IMG/VR virus record: IMGVR_UViG_3300045988_165521
Strand: one strand, 5' to 3'
DNA length: 64,000 bases
Source of the DNA: a virus
Positions 10,315 through 21,169 of the stretch are shown one piece after another (within the stretch, counting starts at the first letter, position 1; the number at the start of each line of letters is the position of its first letter). The translations under genes were made by a program, and so were the position numbers. Below the pieces are notes generated by a model. It saw nothing but the letters and a program-made list of their open reading frames with translations, searched no databases and was not told the origin of the DNA.

Positions 10315-10855
10315 TGAAGAATTTCGTGATGCAATGACCGATGTTGAAGTAGTTAATATTTCTAAAAATACTCTTCCAGAGTATACTGAAGAATGAGATG
10401 CTGGTTGTGATGTTAGAGTCGACTTTAGTAGAATAACTTCAGATGAACCACTAAAAACAAAAGGAGATTGCCAATTTCTATTTGAAAACGAAGTTAATCC
10501 ATTAAAATCTTTTATTCTTGAACCTAGATCTCGAGCAATTATACCTACAGGTTTATTTGTTTGTATTCCAAAAGGATATGAAATACAAGTACGCCCAAGA
10601 TCTGGTTTAAGTTTTAAGGTTGGTCTTACTTTAATTAATTCTCCAGGTACAATTGATGCAAGATATCGGGACGAAGTAGGTTTACTTGTTGTTAATAATG
10701 GTTCTGAACCTGTTGTAATAACAGATGGAGAACGTATTGGACAGCTAGTACTTAAGCGTGTTGAATTTATTAATTGGATTGTAAAACGTTCTGTTAAAGA
10801 ATTCTCTGATCAATCTGATAGAGGTGGAGGAACAGGACATTCTGGAGTAAATTAA
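10301..10855 (+). CDS. dut: dUTP pyrophosphatase
   Basis: This gene is not in the track as one ORF because of a TGA (PEYTEE[TGA]DAGCDV). Motifs are RPRSGL, GTIDARYRDE, ERIGQLVL and a C-terminal RGGGTGHSG. The stop is TAA at 10853-10855. Confidence 0.85.
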
Positions 10856-10856
10856 A

Positions 10857-12242
10857 ATGATTTTAAACTATGATTTACCAAAATTAGAATCTGAATTACT
10901 TTCATTTCAACTAGATTCTAAGCAAAAAGAAGTACTTGAATCAGCTCTAAACTATATTAAAAGTGATATTAAGATTAATTCTGATACTAAACATTTGTGC
11001 ATATCAGGTAGAGCAGGTACTGGAAAAACTCAAATATGTGCTTTAATTGTGAAGATATTGAAGGATAATAATATTCCATTTTTGGTAATTACTCCTACAA
11101 ATAAGTCAAAGAACGTAATAGCTTCTGTAGTTGATTCAGAAGCTATTACTGTTCATAGACTATTAAGTTTATCTCCACAAGTTGATATACTTGAATTAGA
11201 TCTTAAAGAGTTAAACTTTATACAAAAAAATGCTATATATTTACAATATAAAGCAGTTTGGATTATTGATGAATGTAGTATGGTTAATGATAATTTATAT
11301 AAATTAATTATTGATCAAGCTACTGATCATCAATGTAAAATTATATGGCTTGGAGATGAAAAACAGTTAAGCCCTGTAAGTCAAAAACAAGTATCTAAAA
11401 CATTTAGAAATTCTACTAAATACACTTTAGATAAAGTATATCGTCAATCTTCAGATTCTCCAATTGGAAAAATATTAGAAACGTTACGTTCTAAGCCAAT
11501 TAGTAGATTTGAATCTACGCCAGATAGTGATTCTGGATCTTTAAAAGTATACAATAATATTCGAGAAATGTTAGAAGAGCATTGCTATCTATTTAAGGTT
11601 GGAATGAATCTTGAAGATCAACATATTATAAAATTAGTCACATATACTAATAAAAGGATTGAAGCTTTAAATCAAATTATTAGACGTTTAGTTTTTAATG
11701 ATGATGAGGAGTATCATTTTGGAGAGGTCTTAACTGGGTATGATTCTTGTATGTATAAAAATCAAGGTATTATTGAAAACTCATCTGATTATTTAGTTAG
11801 AGAAGTTGAAGATACTACATTTCAAGGATTAAAAGCATATAAATTAACTTTATATGATCCTTCTAAAGAGTGTGATATTGAGATTACTATAATTTCAAGA
11901 TATAATAGTAGTTATGATATTGCTAATTTAGCAGCTCGAATTGATAATATGAGAGTTAAAGCTGTAAAAAGTAAAAATGGCAAAGATTGGAGAGCTTATT
12001 ATCAATTTCGAGAAGCGTTTCTTACTCCCTTTGATTTAGTACATGAAGGAAGAGTTATAAAGAGAAAATCTTTAGACTATGGATATTGTATATCTGCACA
12101 TAAATCACAATCTTCTTCATATTTAGCAGTATTAGTTGATATGGAAAATATTTTGCAATGTACAGATCCTGAGGAATTACGACAATTACAATATGTAGCT
12201 TTATCTCGAACTACTAATGATATATATTTATATCAAAGATAA
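10857..12242 (+). CDS. SF1 DNA helicase (Dda/RecD-like)
   Basis: Motifs are GRAGTGKT, ITPTNKS, WIIDECSMV, WLGDEKQLSPV, ISAHKSQSSSY and YVALSRT. Confidence 0.85.
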   Translation: MILNYDLPKLESELLSFQLDSKQKEVLESALNYIKSDIKINSDTKHLCISGRAGTGKTQICALIVKILKDNNIPFLVITPTNKSKNVIASVVDSEAITVHRLLSLSPQVDILELDLKELNFIQKNAIYLQYKAVWIIDECSMVNDNLYKLIIDQATDHQCKIIWLGDEKQLSPVSQKQVSKTFRNSTKYTLDKVYRQSSDSPIGKILETLRSKPISRFESTPDSDSGSLKVYNNIREMLEEHCYLFKVGMNLEDQHIIKLVTYTNKRIEALNQIIRRLVFNDDEEYHFGEVLTGYDSCMYKNQGIIENSSDYLVREVEDTTFQGLKAYKLTLYDPSKECDIEITIISRYNSSYDIANLAARIDNMRVKAVKSKNGKDWRAYYQFREAFLTPFDLVHEGRVIKRKSLDYGYCISAHKSQSSSYLAVLVDMENILQCTDPEELRQLQYVALSRTTNDIYLYQR

Positions 12243-12243
12243 T

Positions 12244-13449
12244 ATGACAAATTACTTCTTTAAAAGAGACAATAATAATAAGATTCGAGTAGTTCAACTA
12301 AATTTAAATGAACATACTGATATTCAATCGAATGAAAAATTCTATTCAATAACTGGAGAAACTGGCGTATTGAATGGAAAAATGGTTAAACGACCTTTAG
12401 TTACTATTGAACAAGGTAAAGTTAAAAGAACTGTCAAAGAACAAGCTGAATTACAATATAATAGCTTATGCAATAGCTATTTAGATAAAGGGTATAAATC
12501 TCAAGAGGAACTTAAAATAAAAGATATAACAGATGAATCAGAAGTAGATTTAAAAGTTCCTAAACAGAATACCGACGCAAAAGGAAACTTAAAGCCTATG
12601 TTGGCTCTTAGTGTTGATAGTCTCCCAAAATCTAAACAAAATATATTAGACAATAAATGATATGCTTCAACTAAGCTAGATGGAGTAAGGTGTCTAATGT
12701 ATTATAAGGATAAGGAAGTTTATACTTCTTCTAGAGGAGGTAAAGATTATGATACTCCTACAACTTATATTCGTAAGAATACATTCTTAAATCAATTTTT
12801 TAATAATAATCCAAATGTAGTATTAGATGGAGAATTATATATTCATGGAAAGCCTCTATCTTATATTAGTGGAATTGTTAGATTACAAGATCTTTGTGAA
12901 AAACACGAAGAACTTCAATATTATGTTTATGATATAGTTGATGAAACTAAAACTTTTCAGGAAAGACTAAAAATTCTAACTGAGTTAGATAAATGTATGA
13001 GTTTAAGTTCTATTATTCCTAATAGAGTTGTAGTAGTTAATCATGAAAGTGTATCTGGAAAGGATGCAATTGTTCAACTTCATAATCAGTATATATCTGA
13101 AGGTTATGAAGGTTTAGTTATTAGAGATCCAAATGAAAAATATAAATGTGGAGCTCGAGATAAGCGAATGCTAAAAGTAAAAATGTTCCAGGATGATGAA
13201 TTTGAAATAACTGGAATGACTGATGGCCTTCGAGAAGAGGATTTTGTTTTTAATATGAAAACAAAGGACGGATATCCATTTGAAGCTAAGCCTATGGGAG
13301 ATAGAGCTTTAAAGAAGTGATATCGAGAAAATATAGACAAATTAATAGGACAAATGGGTACAGTAAAGTATTTTGGATATACTGCAACAGAAAATGCAGT
13401 TCCAAATCTTCCAGTATTCAAAAGTCTACGAGATAAAACTGATTTATAA
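12244..13449 (+). CDS. ATP-dependent DNA ligase
   Basis: ATG at 12244. Track ORFs 12217.. and 12697.. are in frame and are joined by TGA at 12658 and 13318. Motifs are motif I STKLDGVR, EGLVIRD and RMLKVK. The stop is TAA at 13447-13449. Confidence 0.8.
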
Positions 13450-13847
13450 TGAAACTTACATTAAAGCAACTTAAAGATTTAATTTCAAGTTATCGTACTG
13501 CTTTAAATGAAGCAGAGAATTTTGAAAGACTAGGTTTTGATATTAGAAGTAGTGAGATGTGGTATTATTTAGAACATGCTCTTGATATAGCTTTAACGTT
13601 GTATTTTGGAGAGAATGTTTCTGAAAAAATATGGAATTTTATTTTAAATGATTCTGTAAATGAATTTGCTACTATTGAGGAATTATTTGAATTTGTATCA
13701 GATAAATATTCAGAATTAGTTAATAAAGATACAGCACTTACACTTGATCAACTTCAAACATTATTTCCTCAGGAAGAAATGTTTAAGTATTTTGATAAAG
13801 TAATTAAAGAACAAACTAAACAAAAAGAAAATGAAACAACCGTTTAA
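13449..13847 (+). CDS. hypothetical protein (132 aa)
   Basis: ATG to TAA ORF, start/stop coupled to its neighbours. Confidence 0.5.
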   Translation: MKLTLKQLKDLISSYRTALNEAENFERLGFDIRSSEMWYYLEHALDIALTLYFGENVSEKIWNFILNDSVNEFATIEELFEFVSDKYSELVNKDTALTLDQLQTLFPQEEMFKYFDKVIKEQTKQKENETTV

Positions 13848-14280
13848 CCTATCTCAAGAAAAAATTGATCAACTTTTTCGACATTGTATATTCGATCTAA
13901 CTCCAAAAGCTATAGGTAATAAATATATGTATTATCATACTTCTGATAACGCTTATCGATATAGAATTCAATGGACTGAAAAAGATGATAGATCTTATCA
14001 TTCTTATCCATGTAGCGATATTACAGAAGATCTTTTTGAATCAGATAACTTAAAATTTAGGATAATTATATATCGTACTTTTGAAGATACTGTATTTGGA
14101 GCGTATCCATGTACTAGTATTGCTCTTGAAGTATCTGATTTAGATTTTGAAGAACTTCAAAAAGTTAAATTAGAAATATATAATACATATAAGGAATTTT
14201 ATAATGATTTATTAGAAAGTGCTCCTTGTGAACTTTCATCTATTGAAGCACATCCTAGAGTTATAAAACCTAATGAATAA
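13831..14280 (+). CDS. hypothetical protein (149 aa)
   Basis: ATG to TAA ORF overlapping both neighbours. Confidence 0.5.
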   Translation: MKQPFNLSQEKIDQLFRHCIFDLTPKAIGNKYMYYHTSDNAYRYRIQWTEKDDRSYHSYPCSDITEDLFESDNLKFRIIIYRTFEDTVFGAYPCTSIALEVSDLDFEELQKVKLEIYNTYKEFYNDLLESAPCELSSIEAHPRVIKPNE

Positions 14281-14776
14281 AGAAGAGATTAAGGAATTAA
14301 AAGAGAACAAGGATATTAAGTATATTTATAAAATTCCTTGTTCTCTTTTTGAAACTGATCTTTTAGTTATCATTGGAAACATTAAAACCAAATATGATAA
14401 AGAAAAACATTGTTTATATTTTTCTTTTGAAGATTGGTTTCAAAGAACTGATTGTGGGGATCTTTTACCATATGTATGTTCTACACTTAATAAAAAAGGA
14501 AAGATAAAAGAATATCTTAATGTTTATGTAAAACCTGATTTAGTTAAGTTTAGAAATTATATTATTAAAGATCCTAGTATTACTCCTTTAGAAAAGTATA
14601 TAGAAGTTAATTGGGCATTACAAATTCTTAGAGAGTTTAAAGTAAATCGTCCAGATGTGTTTTCTAGAGAATCTAATCTTGAAGAACTTATGAAAAATAA
14701 GTACCAAAAAGATTTAAGTACTTTTCTAACAGAAGTCCATCCTATGTATATAAAGCAATTTTATGACAAAAAATAA
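14273..14776 (+). CDS. hypothetical protein (167 aa)
   Basis: ATG to TAA ORF overlapping both neighbours. Confidence 0.5.
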   Translation: MNKEEIKELKENKDIKYIYKIPCSLFETDLLVIIGNIKTKYDKEKHCLYFSFEDWFQRTDCGDLLPYVCSTLNKKGKIKEYLNVYVKPDLVKFRNYIIKDPSITPLEKYIEVNWALQILREFKVNRPDVFSRESNLEELMKNKYQKDLSTFLTEVHPMYIKQFYDKK

Positions 14777-15209
14777 ATTAACAATAATTGTAATGGTTGG
14801 ACCTCCAGCTAGTGGCAAAACTTCGTGGTCTAAAGAGTTCGTGAAGGGAAAGTCTACTTGGATTCGGGTGAATAGGGACGATCTCCGACTTATGTGCGGT
14901 GATTATTGGATTCCGTCTCGGGAAAAGTTAATTAATACTCTTGAGGAAACAACTATTACCTCTGCTTTAGAGCAAGGTTATAACGTTATAATTGATGCTA
15001 CTAATCTTAACCCTAAAACTAGGGCTAAATGGGAAGAAATTGCCTCAAATTTCGATGCAAATATTGAATATAAGGAAATAGTTATTCCATATAAAGAAGC
15101 TGTTAAACGGGATAAAAATAGGGATTTACAAGTAGGTGAAGATACAATACGTATATTTTATCGAAAATATTATCCTGAGCTACTAAAACAAGAATTAGAC
15201 GAAATATAA
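14763..15209 (+). CDS. P-loop kinase (polynucleotide kinase / AAA_33-like)
   Basis: Walker A is MVGPPASGKTS, followed by RVNRDDLR and IIDATNLNPKTR, as in T4 Pnk-type kinase domains. Confidence 0.6.
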   Translation: MTKNKLTIIVMVGPPASGKTSWSKEFVKGKSTWIRVNRDDLRLMCGDYWIPSREKLINTLEETTITSALEQGYNVIIDATNLNPKTRAKWEEIASNFDANIEYKEIVIPYKEAVKRDKNRDLQVGEDTIRIFYRKYYPELLKQELDEI

Positions 15210-15210
15210 T

Positions 15211-15375
15211 ATGAAATATATACTTATTGAGTGGCCTGAAGTTCAAGAATTAATGAGTTATGATGATTTTGATTGTCATGCGCATCTTGTTAATGATGAA
15301 GGTTGAATTGATCAGTATGGCCCTTCTTCATACTTTGTAGAAGAGGATTGATTAAAAAAGTTAAAGAAATGTTAA
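15211..15375 (+). CDS. small hypothetical protein (54 aa, two in-frame TGA)
   Basis: It reads MKYILIEWPEVQELMSYDDFDCHAHLVNDEG[W]IDQYGPSSYFVEED[W]LKKLKKC and is only visible with TGA=W. Confidence 0.35.
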
Positions 15376-15400
15376 GAATATATAATATTTATATCCAGAT

Positions 15401-15455
15401 ATACAATAAATTGTGTTTACTCAATAATATAGTTCTACAGGAAAATTTATTGTAT
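15401..15455. repeat. perfect 12-bp inverted repeat with a 31-nt spacer in an intergenic region
   Basis: The arms are atacaataaatt (15401-15412) and aatttattgtat (15444-15455). Confidence 0.6.
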
Positions 15456-15477
15456 TTAACACTAATACTACAATCTT

Positions 15478-15828
15478 ATGTCCACTAGATCTAGAATAGG
15501 AATGATAAATCCATATGGTAGTGTTAGTTCAATTTATTGTCATTTTGATGGATATCCAGAAGGTGTTGGGAAAACTCTACATGATAATTGGAATGATATA
15601 AACGATATTATTGAACTAATTGCTAATGGAGATATATCTTGTTTAGGAACAGATTTAGATATAACAAGTTTTTATGCAGATGGATCTGGCGCAATTATAT
15701 CTCCAACTGAAGAAGATTACTATAATTTAGATCCAATAATGATTGAGTATCATTATTTACATAAAAATGGAGAATGGATATGTAAAGAGGTAAACCTTAA
15801 GGAACGTTTTAATGAAAGCTCGAGTTAA
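15478..15828 (+). CDS. hypothetical protein (116 aa)
   Basis: ATG to TAA ORF after a 100-nt intergenic gap. It contains an IYCHFDGYPEGVG motif of unknown meaning. Confidence 0.5.
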   Translation: MSTRSRIGMINPYGSVSSIYCHFDGYPEGVGKTLHDNWNDINDIIELIANGDISCLGTDLDITSFYADGSGAIISPTEEDYYNLDPIMIEYHYLHKNGEWICKEVNLKERFNESSS

Positions 15829-16009
15829 GAATTTTGATGTAGAGGTAGAACCTATGACTAAATATGAATTTTATGATAGAATTAAGAAAATTCAGTTACA
15901 ACATCCTGAAAATAAATGAGTCAAAGGTTATTATATTAACTGGAATGGATATGAATTCTGGTTAATGGAAGAAAATTTTAATAAATTATATGAAATAATA
16001 GAATGTTAA
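15812..16009 (+). CDS. small hypothetical protein (65 aa, one TGA)
   Basis: It reads MKARVKNFDVEVEPMTKYEFYDRIKKIQLQHPENK[W]VKGYYINWNGYEFWLMEENF.... It overlaps both neighbours by a few nt. Confidence 0.35.
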
Positions 16010-17952
16010 TCCGAGGTAAAACTGTATATGTTTATGATATTGAGATATTTCCAAATGTATTTCACTGTACAGTAAAAAATTCTGAAACAGGAGAATATTT
16101 ATATTTTGAAATTTCTGAAAGACGAAATGATCTTCTAAAACTAGTTGATTTCTTTTGAACTATTCAAGAAGAACCTCAAGATGGCATTTGAGCAAAAAAC
16201 TATACTACAGATCTACAATTCTTTACAGATAAAATATTTTGTGGATATAATAATTTACATTATGATAATCCTATAATTAATTATATTATTGATTATCATA
16301 AGAAATTGTCAACACTTGATTATCTTAGTGTTTGCAAATCTTTATATAATCTTAGTAATGAAATTATTAGATCTACAGATAGTAACTTTACTTCTTGGAG
16401 TAAATGGAAATATAAAATTTATTTTGAAACCTTGGATTTGCTTACAATGTTATATTCTCAAAAATTGCGAGTGGGATTAAAAGAAATGCAAGTAACTATG
16501 CAATTTCATAATGTTCAAGAATATGAAGGAGATTTCCAAACCTGACTTCCTGCATCTGAAATTCCTAATATGATAAAATATAATATTAACGATGTTGATT
16601 CTACTGAGGAATTATTAAATCGGTGTAAAAAGGATATAGAATTACGATTAGCAATCGAAGATGAATATGGAGTAAAAGTATTAAATAAAGATGGTGTAAA
16701 CATTGGAATGAAGATTATTACTCAAAAATATCTTGAGAAAACAGGTCAAACTTGAAATCAAATCAAGGATTTACGTTCTCCTTGTGATATGATTGATCTA
16801 AGTAAAGTTATTCTTCCAATTGTTAAGTTTGATACACCGATTCTCCAAGAAGTTCTAAAAGATATGAAAAGTCAAACTGTTTCACCTGGTAGAAAAGGTT
16901 ATGAAAAACATTTTATACTAGATGGATTAGAATATTGCGTGGGCGTGGGAGGGATTCATACAGTAAATAAACCTGAAGAAGTTATACCTTCTAATGATCA
17001 GATACTCAGTGACATAGATGTAGCTTCTCTATATCCGAGTATGATAATTGAACATGAATTTTATCCTCAACATCTTGGTAGAGAATTCCTTGAGGTTTAT
17101 TCCCAAATTAAAAATGAGCGTATTGAGGCTAAACATAATGGAAATAAAATAAAAAATGAAACATTAAAACTTGCTCTTAACGGATTAAGTGGAAATTTGC
17201 AAAATGAACACAACTTTTGTTATAGTCCGTTTACCGTTATGCAAATTAGAATTAACGGACAATTATTATTATTAATGTTAGCCGAACGATTAATTGCAAT
17301 AGGTTGTAAAATTGTTCAAGCTAACACTGATGGCTTATTTGTTCTGCGCCCAAAAAATAAAGAGCAGGAGTTTCAAGATGTTTGTAAAGATTGGGAAAAG
17401 TTAACTAAACTTAATCTTGAAGAAGATCGTTTTGAAGCTATGTTCCAATTTGCAATTAATGATTATTTAGCAATTAAAGAAGGATATTCTAAAACTAAAA
17501 ATCCTGATTTGTTAAAAACTAAAGGAATGTTTATTGATAAAGTTAAACTTGGTAAAGGTATGGATGCTACTATTATACCTGAAGCTATTAACAAATGTTT
17601 AGCTGACGGAATTCCTGTTGAAGAGACAATTCGAGGATGTAAAGACATTAATAAGTTTATTACTTATCAGAAAGTAAGTAAAGATTATTCTGTTGAATAT
17701 GATGGTAAAATTATTCAAAGAATTAATCGTTATTATATTTCTACTGATGGTCCTTGGTTATATAAGTGTAAAATTGATAGTAATGGTCGTCGATATAATT
17801 ATATCAAGTTGTTAACTGATTCTGGAGTAACAATTATGAATACTATTGACGATAAGACAAAGATTCCAAATAATATTAATTATCCATTTTATATTGCGTC
17901 TGCTCAAAAGATAGTATATTTATTTAAACATAAGCAATTGAGCTTATTCTAA
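16003..17952 (+). CDS. family B DNA polymerase (649 aa)
   Basis: ATG at 16003. Track ORFs 16306.., 16570.. and 16789.. share the frame and are joined by TGA at 16156, 16189, 16543 and 16753. Motifs are Exo I YDIEIFPN, Exo II GYNNLHYDNPII, Exo III YNINDVDSTEELL, motif A DVASLYPS, motif B KLALNGLSGN and motif C QANTDGLFV. Confidence 0.85.
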
Positions 17953-17961
17953 AATATAAAA

Positions 17962-18025
17962 TTTTAATGTAATTTGGTGTTTTAAATATAAATTTATATA
18001 TTTGTAACATCAAATTACATTAAAA
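17962..18025. repeat. 20-bp near-perfect inverted repeat (24-nt loop) downstream of polB, enclosing a promoter-like motif
   Basis: The arms are ttttaatgtaatttggtgtt (17962-17981) and aacatcaaattacattaaaa (18006-18025). There is one G.T mismatch. Confidence 0.6.
17973..18004 (+). promoter_or_regulatory. Bacteroidota-type promoter candidate (TTTG-N20-TAtaTTTG) upstream of the free-standing GIY-YIG gene
   Basis: TTTG lies at 17973-17976 and tatatttg at 17997-18004. The ATG follows 32 nt downstream. Confidence 0.45.
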
Positions 18026-18035
18026 ATAATATACT

Positions 18036-18824
18036 ATGAAAAATAACAAATGATGCGTTTATAAACATACAAGTCCTTCCAAAGGAGTTTATATTGGAAT
18101 AACTAAACAAAATCCAGTAATTAGATGAAGTAACGGTTCTGGATATAAAAGAAATCCATATTTTTATAAAGCTATACAAAAGTATGGATGGGATAATTTC
18201 AAACATGAAATACTTTTCTCTAACTTAACACAAGAAGAGGCAGAAAGATATGAAAAAAACTTAATATCTGAGTATAGAAATGGAGGTAAATGCTATAATA
18301 TTCTAGATGGAGGGTTAGCTGCAGTAGTAGATACTTCTAAAAAAGTCTACCAATACACTTTAGAAGGTAAGTTTTTAAAAGAATGAACTTCAGCTACGGA
18401 AGCAGCAAAATTTTACAAAGTCACACAAAGTACTATTACAAATTGTTGTAATCCAAATTACAGAACTAAAACTGCTTGTGGATTTATTTTTAGTTATAAT
18501 AAAACTTCTAAAAAAGATCCTATTATCTCTGTTTCTACAAAAGCAGTAAATCAATATGATTTACATATGAATTTAATAAAAAAATGGCCATCTAGAAGAA
18601 AAGTCCAAAAAAACTTCCCAAATTGAAGAATTGGGGCATGTTTAAATGGTAAGGTTAAATCTTGTAACGGTTATATATTTAAATATACTGATGACGCTAT
18701 ATCAGAAAAACCTGTACATAAAGGAAAATTAGTTACTATTAATGGAATTACTTATCAATCATTAAAGCATGCTTCTACTGCTTTAGGAATTACTGTATAT
18801 AAAATAAAAAAATTGTTATGTTAA
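18036..18824 (+). CDS. free-standing GIY-YIG homing endonuclease (262 aa)
   Basis: This gene is absent from the track because of in-frame TGAs (18051, 18126, 18384, 18624). It reads MKNNK[W]CVYKHTSPSKGVYIGITKQNPVIR[W]SNGSGYKRNPYFYKAIQKYGWDNFKHEILF...EEAERYEKNLISEY, followed by C-terminal helix-turn-helix-like repeats (ATEAAKFYKVTQSTI...). I walked the frame fully. The stop is TAA at 18822-18824. Confidence 0.8.
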
Positions 18825-19078
18825 AATTATTGAAATTCGGAGCATCTTATTGTGCTCCATGTAGAGCTATGGCTCCTATTTTAGAAGAATTAAAATCTAA
18901 AATTGATATACAAGATATAGACGTAGACGAAGCAGATCCTGTAGTACTTACTAATTATAAGATTAGAAATATTCCTGTATTAGTCTTATTAAAAGATGAT
19001 AAAGAAGTTTGAAGACATGTTGGAAGTATTTCAAAATCTGACTTAGAAAAAGAAATTGAAAAATATGAAGCTAATTAA
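18818..19078 (+). CDS. thioredoxin-like protein (86 aa)
   Basis: It has a CxxC site, FGASYCAPCRAM. One TGA at 19010 (KEV[W]RHVG) extends track ORF 18818..19012 to TAA at 19076-19078. Confidence 0.7.
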
Positions 19079-19580
19079 ACCTTATTTTGAAATTATAGAA
19101 CAGGAATCTGGACTTGAAGGTATTTATAAACAAATTGAACTCGCAGGAAGAACTTGTTATAAATCAGAAGATAAAATAACTCCTGATTCTGCTAAAGGAT
19201 TTGTCGATAGAATGATCAAATCTGGTCATGGCGCTATGCTAGAACATGGTACTGTATATTTAAAAGCTGATTCTGAATTTTATAATCCTTTTATTCAACC
19301 AGAAGACGGAGAGGAAGAAGAATACAATGATTTATTTAAATATGGCGATAATAACTATTCGGTTTGTCATGAACAAAGAAGTGTAAATGGAAATACGATT
19401 TATGTCACCACTAATCTTAGAGTATTAGTAGAAAATAACTGGCTTGATGATCTAAAATATCTCTGTGAACCTACTGAATATCATGAAAAACGAATTACAG
19501 TAAAGTTTATTTGTGATCGTGGTGTATCTCATGAATTTGTAAGACATAGAGTATTCTCTTTTGCTCAGGAATCTACCCGT
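19065..19580 (+). CDS. thyX: flavin-dependent thymidylate synthase, exon 1
   Basis: It contains GRTCYKS, SGHGAMLEHGTVYL and FVRHRVFSFAQESTR. The exon ends after cgT (19580), inside the RHR...S..R|Y motif. Confidence 0.8.
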
Positions 19581-19670
19581 CAAGAAACAATGGCGGCTTA
19601 AATAAGTAATTATTTATGCATAACCCAGTGAATTGCTGGAAGGCTAAAATTTATTAAACTTTTCTACAAG

Positions 19671-19702
19671 TTTGGATATATCCAAATTTATCATTAACTT
19701 TG
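19671..19702 (+). promoter_or_regulatory. Bacteroidota-type promoter candidate (TTTG-N20-TAacTTTG) inside the thyX intron, upstream of the HNH ORF
   Basis: TTTG lies at 19671-19674 and taactttg at 19695-19702. The ATG is at 19733. Confidence 0.45.
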
Positions 19703-19732
19703 TTACAGTAATAAATATAAAATTTTTAAGCT

Positions 19733-20509
19733 ATGAGAAAAATGGATATTAACGTAGGTGATAAATTTGGAGATTGGACTGTAACAAATATAAATGTTCT
19801 ATCAAAGAATAAAAGTAGATATGTATTATGTCAGTGTAAATGTGGCTATATGGGAGAAGTTAATGCCTCAGCCCTTAGAACTGGAAGGAGTTCTAGCTGT
19901 AAATCCTGTGCCAAAAGGAAAAATACCACAATTTTAAAAGTAGGAAGTAAATACAAACATTGGACTATACTAGAAGGTCCAATATACAAAAATTCTACTG
20001 CTTATTACAAAGTTAGATGTGATTGTGGGACTGAAACCTATAAGTTACCTATAGAACTTCTTTATAAAGATAGGGACTTTCAATGTGAAAAATGTGCTCA
20101 TAAAGAGAATATGGAAAATATTAGAAAGAAAAATGGAGAAGTTGGAGAACTTACTAAAACTGAATATACTAGGCTTAAGAGGTCTGCTGAAAAGAGAGCT
20201 TATGTTTTTGAGGTTTCTATAGAATACTTATGGAATCTATTTCAAGAACAAAAACAAATTTGTGCTATTACTGGGGATTATATCCCTAATATAGAAGAAG
20301 CTTCTCTTGATAGAATAGACTCCTCTAAAGGGTATATTGAAGGTAATGTTCAATGGGTAACTTATCAAGCTAACTTAAGTAAACATGTTATGACAATGGA
20401 ACAATTATACGAGTTTTGTAGAAAAGTATTAAATCATGCTAATCAGCAGCCAAGCCAGAGGTTAACAACTCTGGAAGGTTCAGAGACTAATTGATGAAAC
20501 TATGTCTAA
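19733..20509 (+). CDS. intron-encoded HNH homing endonuclease
   Basis: The N-terminal Cys-rich repeats are CQCKCGYMGEV...CKSCA and CDCGTE...CEKCA. The C-terminal region is SLDRIDSSKGYIEGNVQWVTYQANLSKH. The track end at 20494 is a tandem TGA-TGA; with TGA=W the ORF runs to TAA at 20507-20509. The 3' end overlaps the intron core. Confidence 0.75.
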
Positions 20510-20742
20510 AATAATTTTTGAATGTCCTGTATTGCAGGAATTTTGGGACAAATATATAGCCAATAGAGATTGGAATAAAACTTGTAAAGAGATTAGTACA
20601 ATTCTTGATGGCTTAGAGTATTTTAGTGTAGAATATAATTCAAACACGAGTGCTGGACATCCTTTATAGGATGATGATATAGTCCGATACTCTGAGGAAA
20701 CTCAGAGAGTTCAAGATAAAGAGCTTGAACATTAACTAATTG

Positions 20743-21168
20743 TACTGTAATTATAGCAAAGATAAGTTTGGAAGTGAGCTTACTTTTATTATTCCTTATT
20801 GGACAAATATTCCAGAAGGACAAAGTTATTGGCATGATGGCATTGGGTATCGCGTAGGAGCAGATATTCAAAATAAAGATTTTGGATATATTGAGAAGTC
20901 TCCAAACTATTTTAATTTCTTATCTTCTTTAGAAGAATCAGAAAAATGTTATCTTAGACTATTAAATGAAGGATGGGTTCCTCAACAAGCTCGTTCTATA
21001 CTTCCAAATTCTCTCAAAACAGAGTTAGTAATGACTGGAACTCTTGAACAATGGAAAGGATTCTTTAAGTTACGTAGTCCATTATATGGAGCAATAGGAG
21101 CTCATCCTCAAGCAGCAGAACTAGCAGATAAACTGTATATACAGTTTAAGGAGAAAAATTATATTTAA
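20743..21168 (+). CDS. thyX: flavin-dependent thymidylate synthase, exon 2
   Basis: It starts YCNYSKDKFGSELTFIIPYW directly after the intron terminal G. The 'TTG start' of the track ORF at 20740 is the intron end. Confidence 0.8.
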   Translation, partial: YCNYSKDKFGSELTFIIPYWTNIPEGQSYWHDGIGYRVGADIQNKDFGYIEKSPNYFNFLSSLEESEKCYLRLLNEGWVPQQARSILPNSLKTELVMTGTLEQWKGFFKLRSPLYGAIGAHPQAAELADKLYIQFKEKNYI

Positions 21169-21169
21169 A

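Larger units (their letters stand above)
19581..20742 (+). mobile_element. Group I intron (1162 nt) in thyX, carrying an HNH ORF
   Basis: Core blocks are gaattgctgg 19630-19639, aatcagcagcc 20441-20451, ggttcagagacta 20477-20489 and gatatagtccga 20676-20687. It ends ...ctaattG (20742). The spliced product reads ...QESTR|YCNYSKDKFG. The P1 pairing I could find is only short (cccgU with Gcgg at 19595-19598). Confidence 0.75.

Noticed and set aside
6797-16480. There are alternative-frame plus-strand ORFs at 6797..6988 (inside the exonuclease gene) and 16289..16480 (inside polB).
   Set aside because: They overlap strongly supported genes in another frame. Their translations are hydrophobic and low-complexity.
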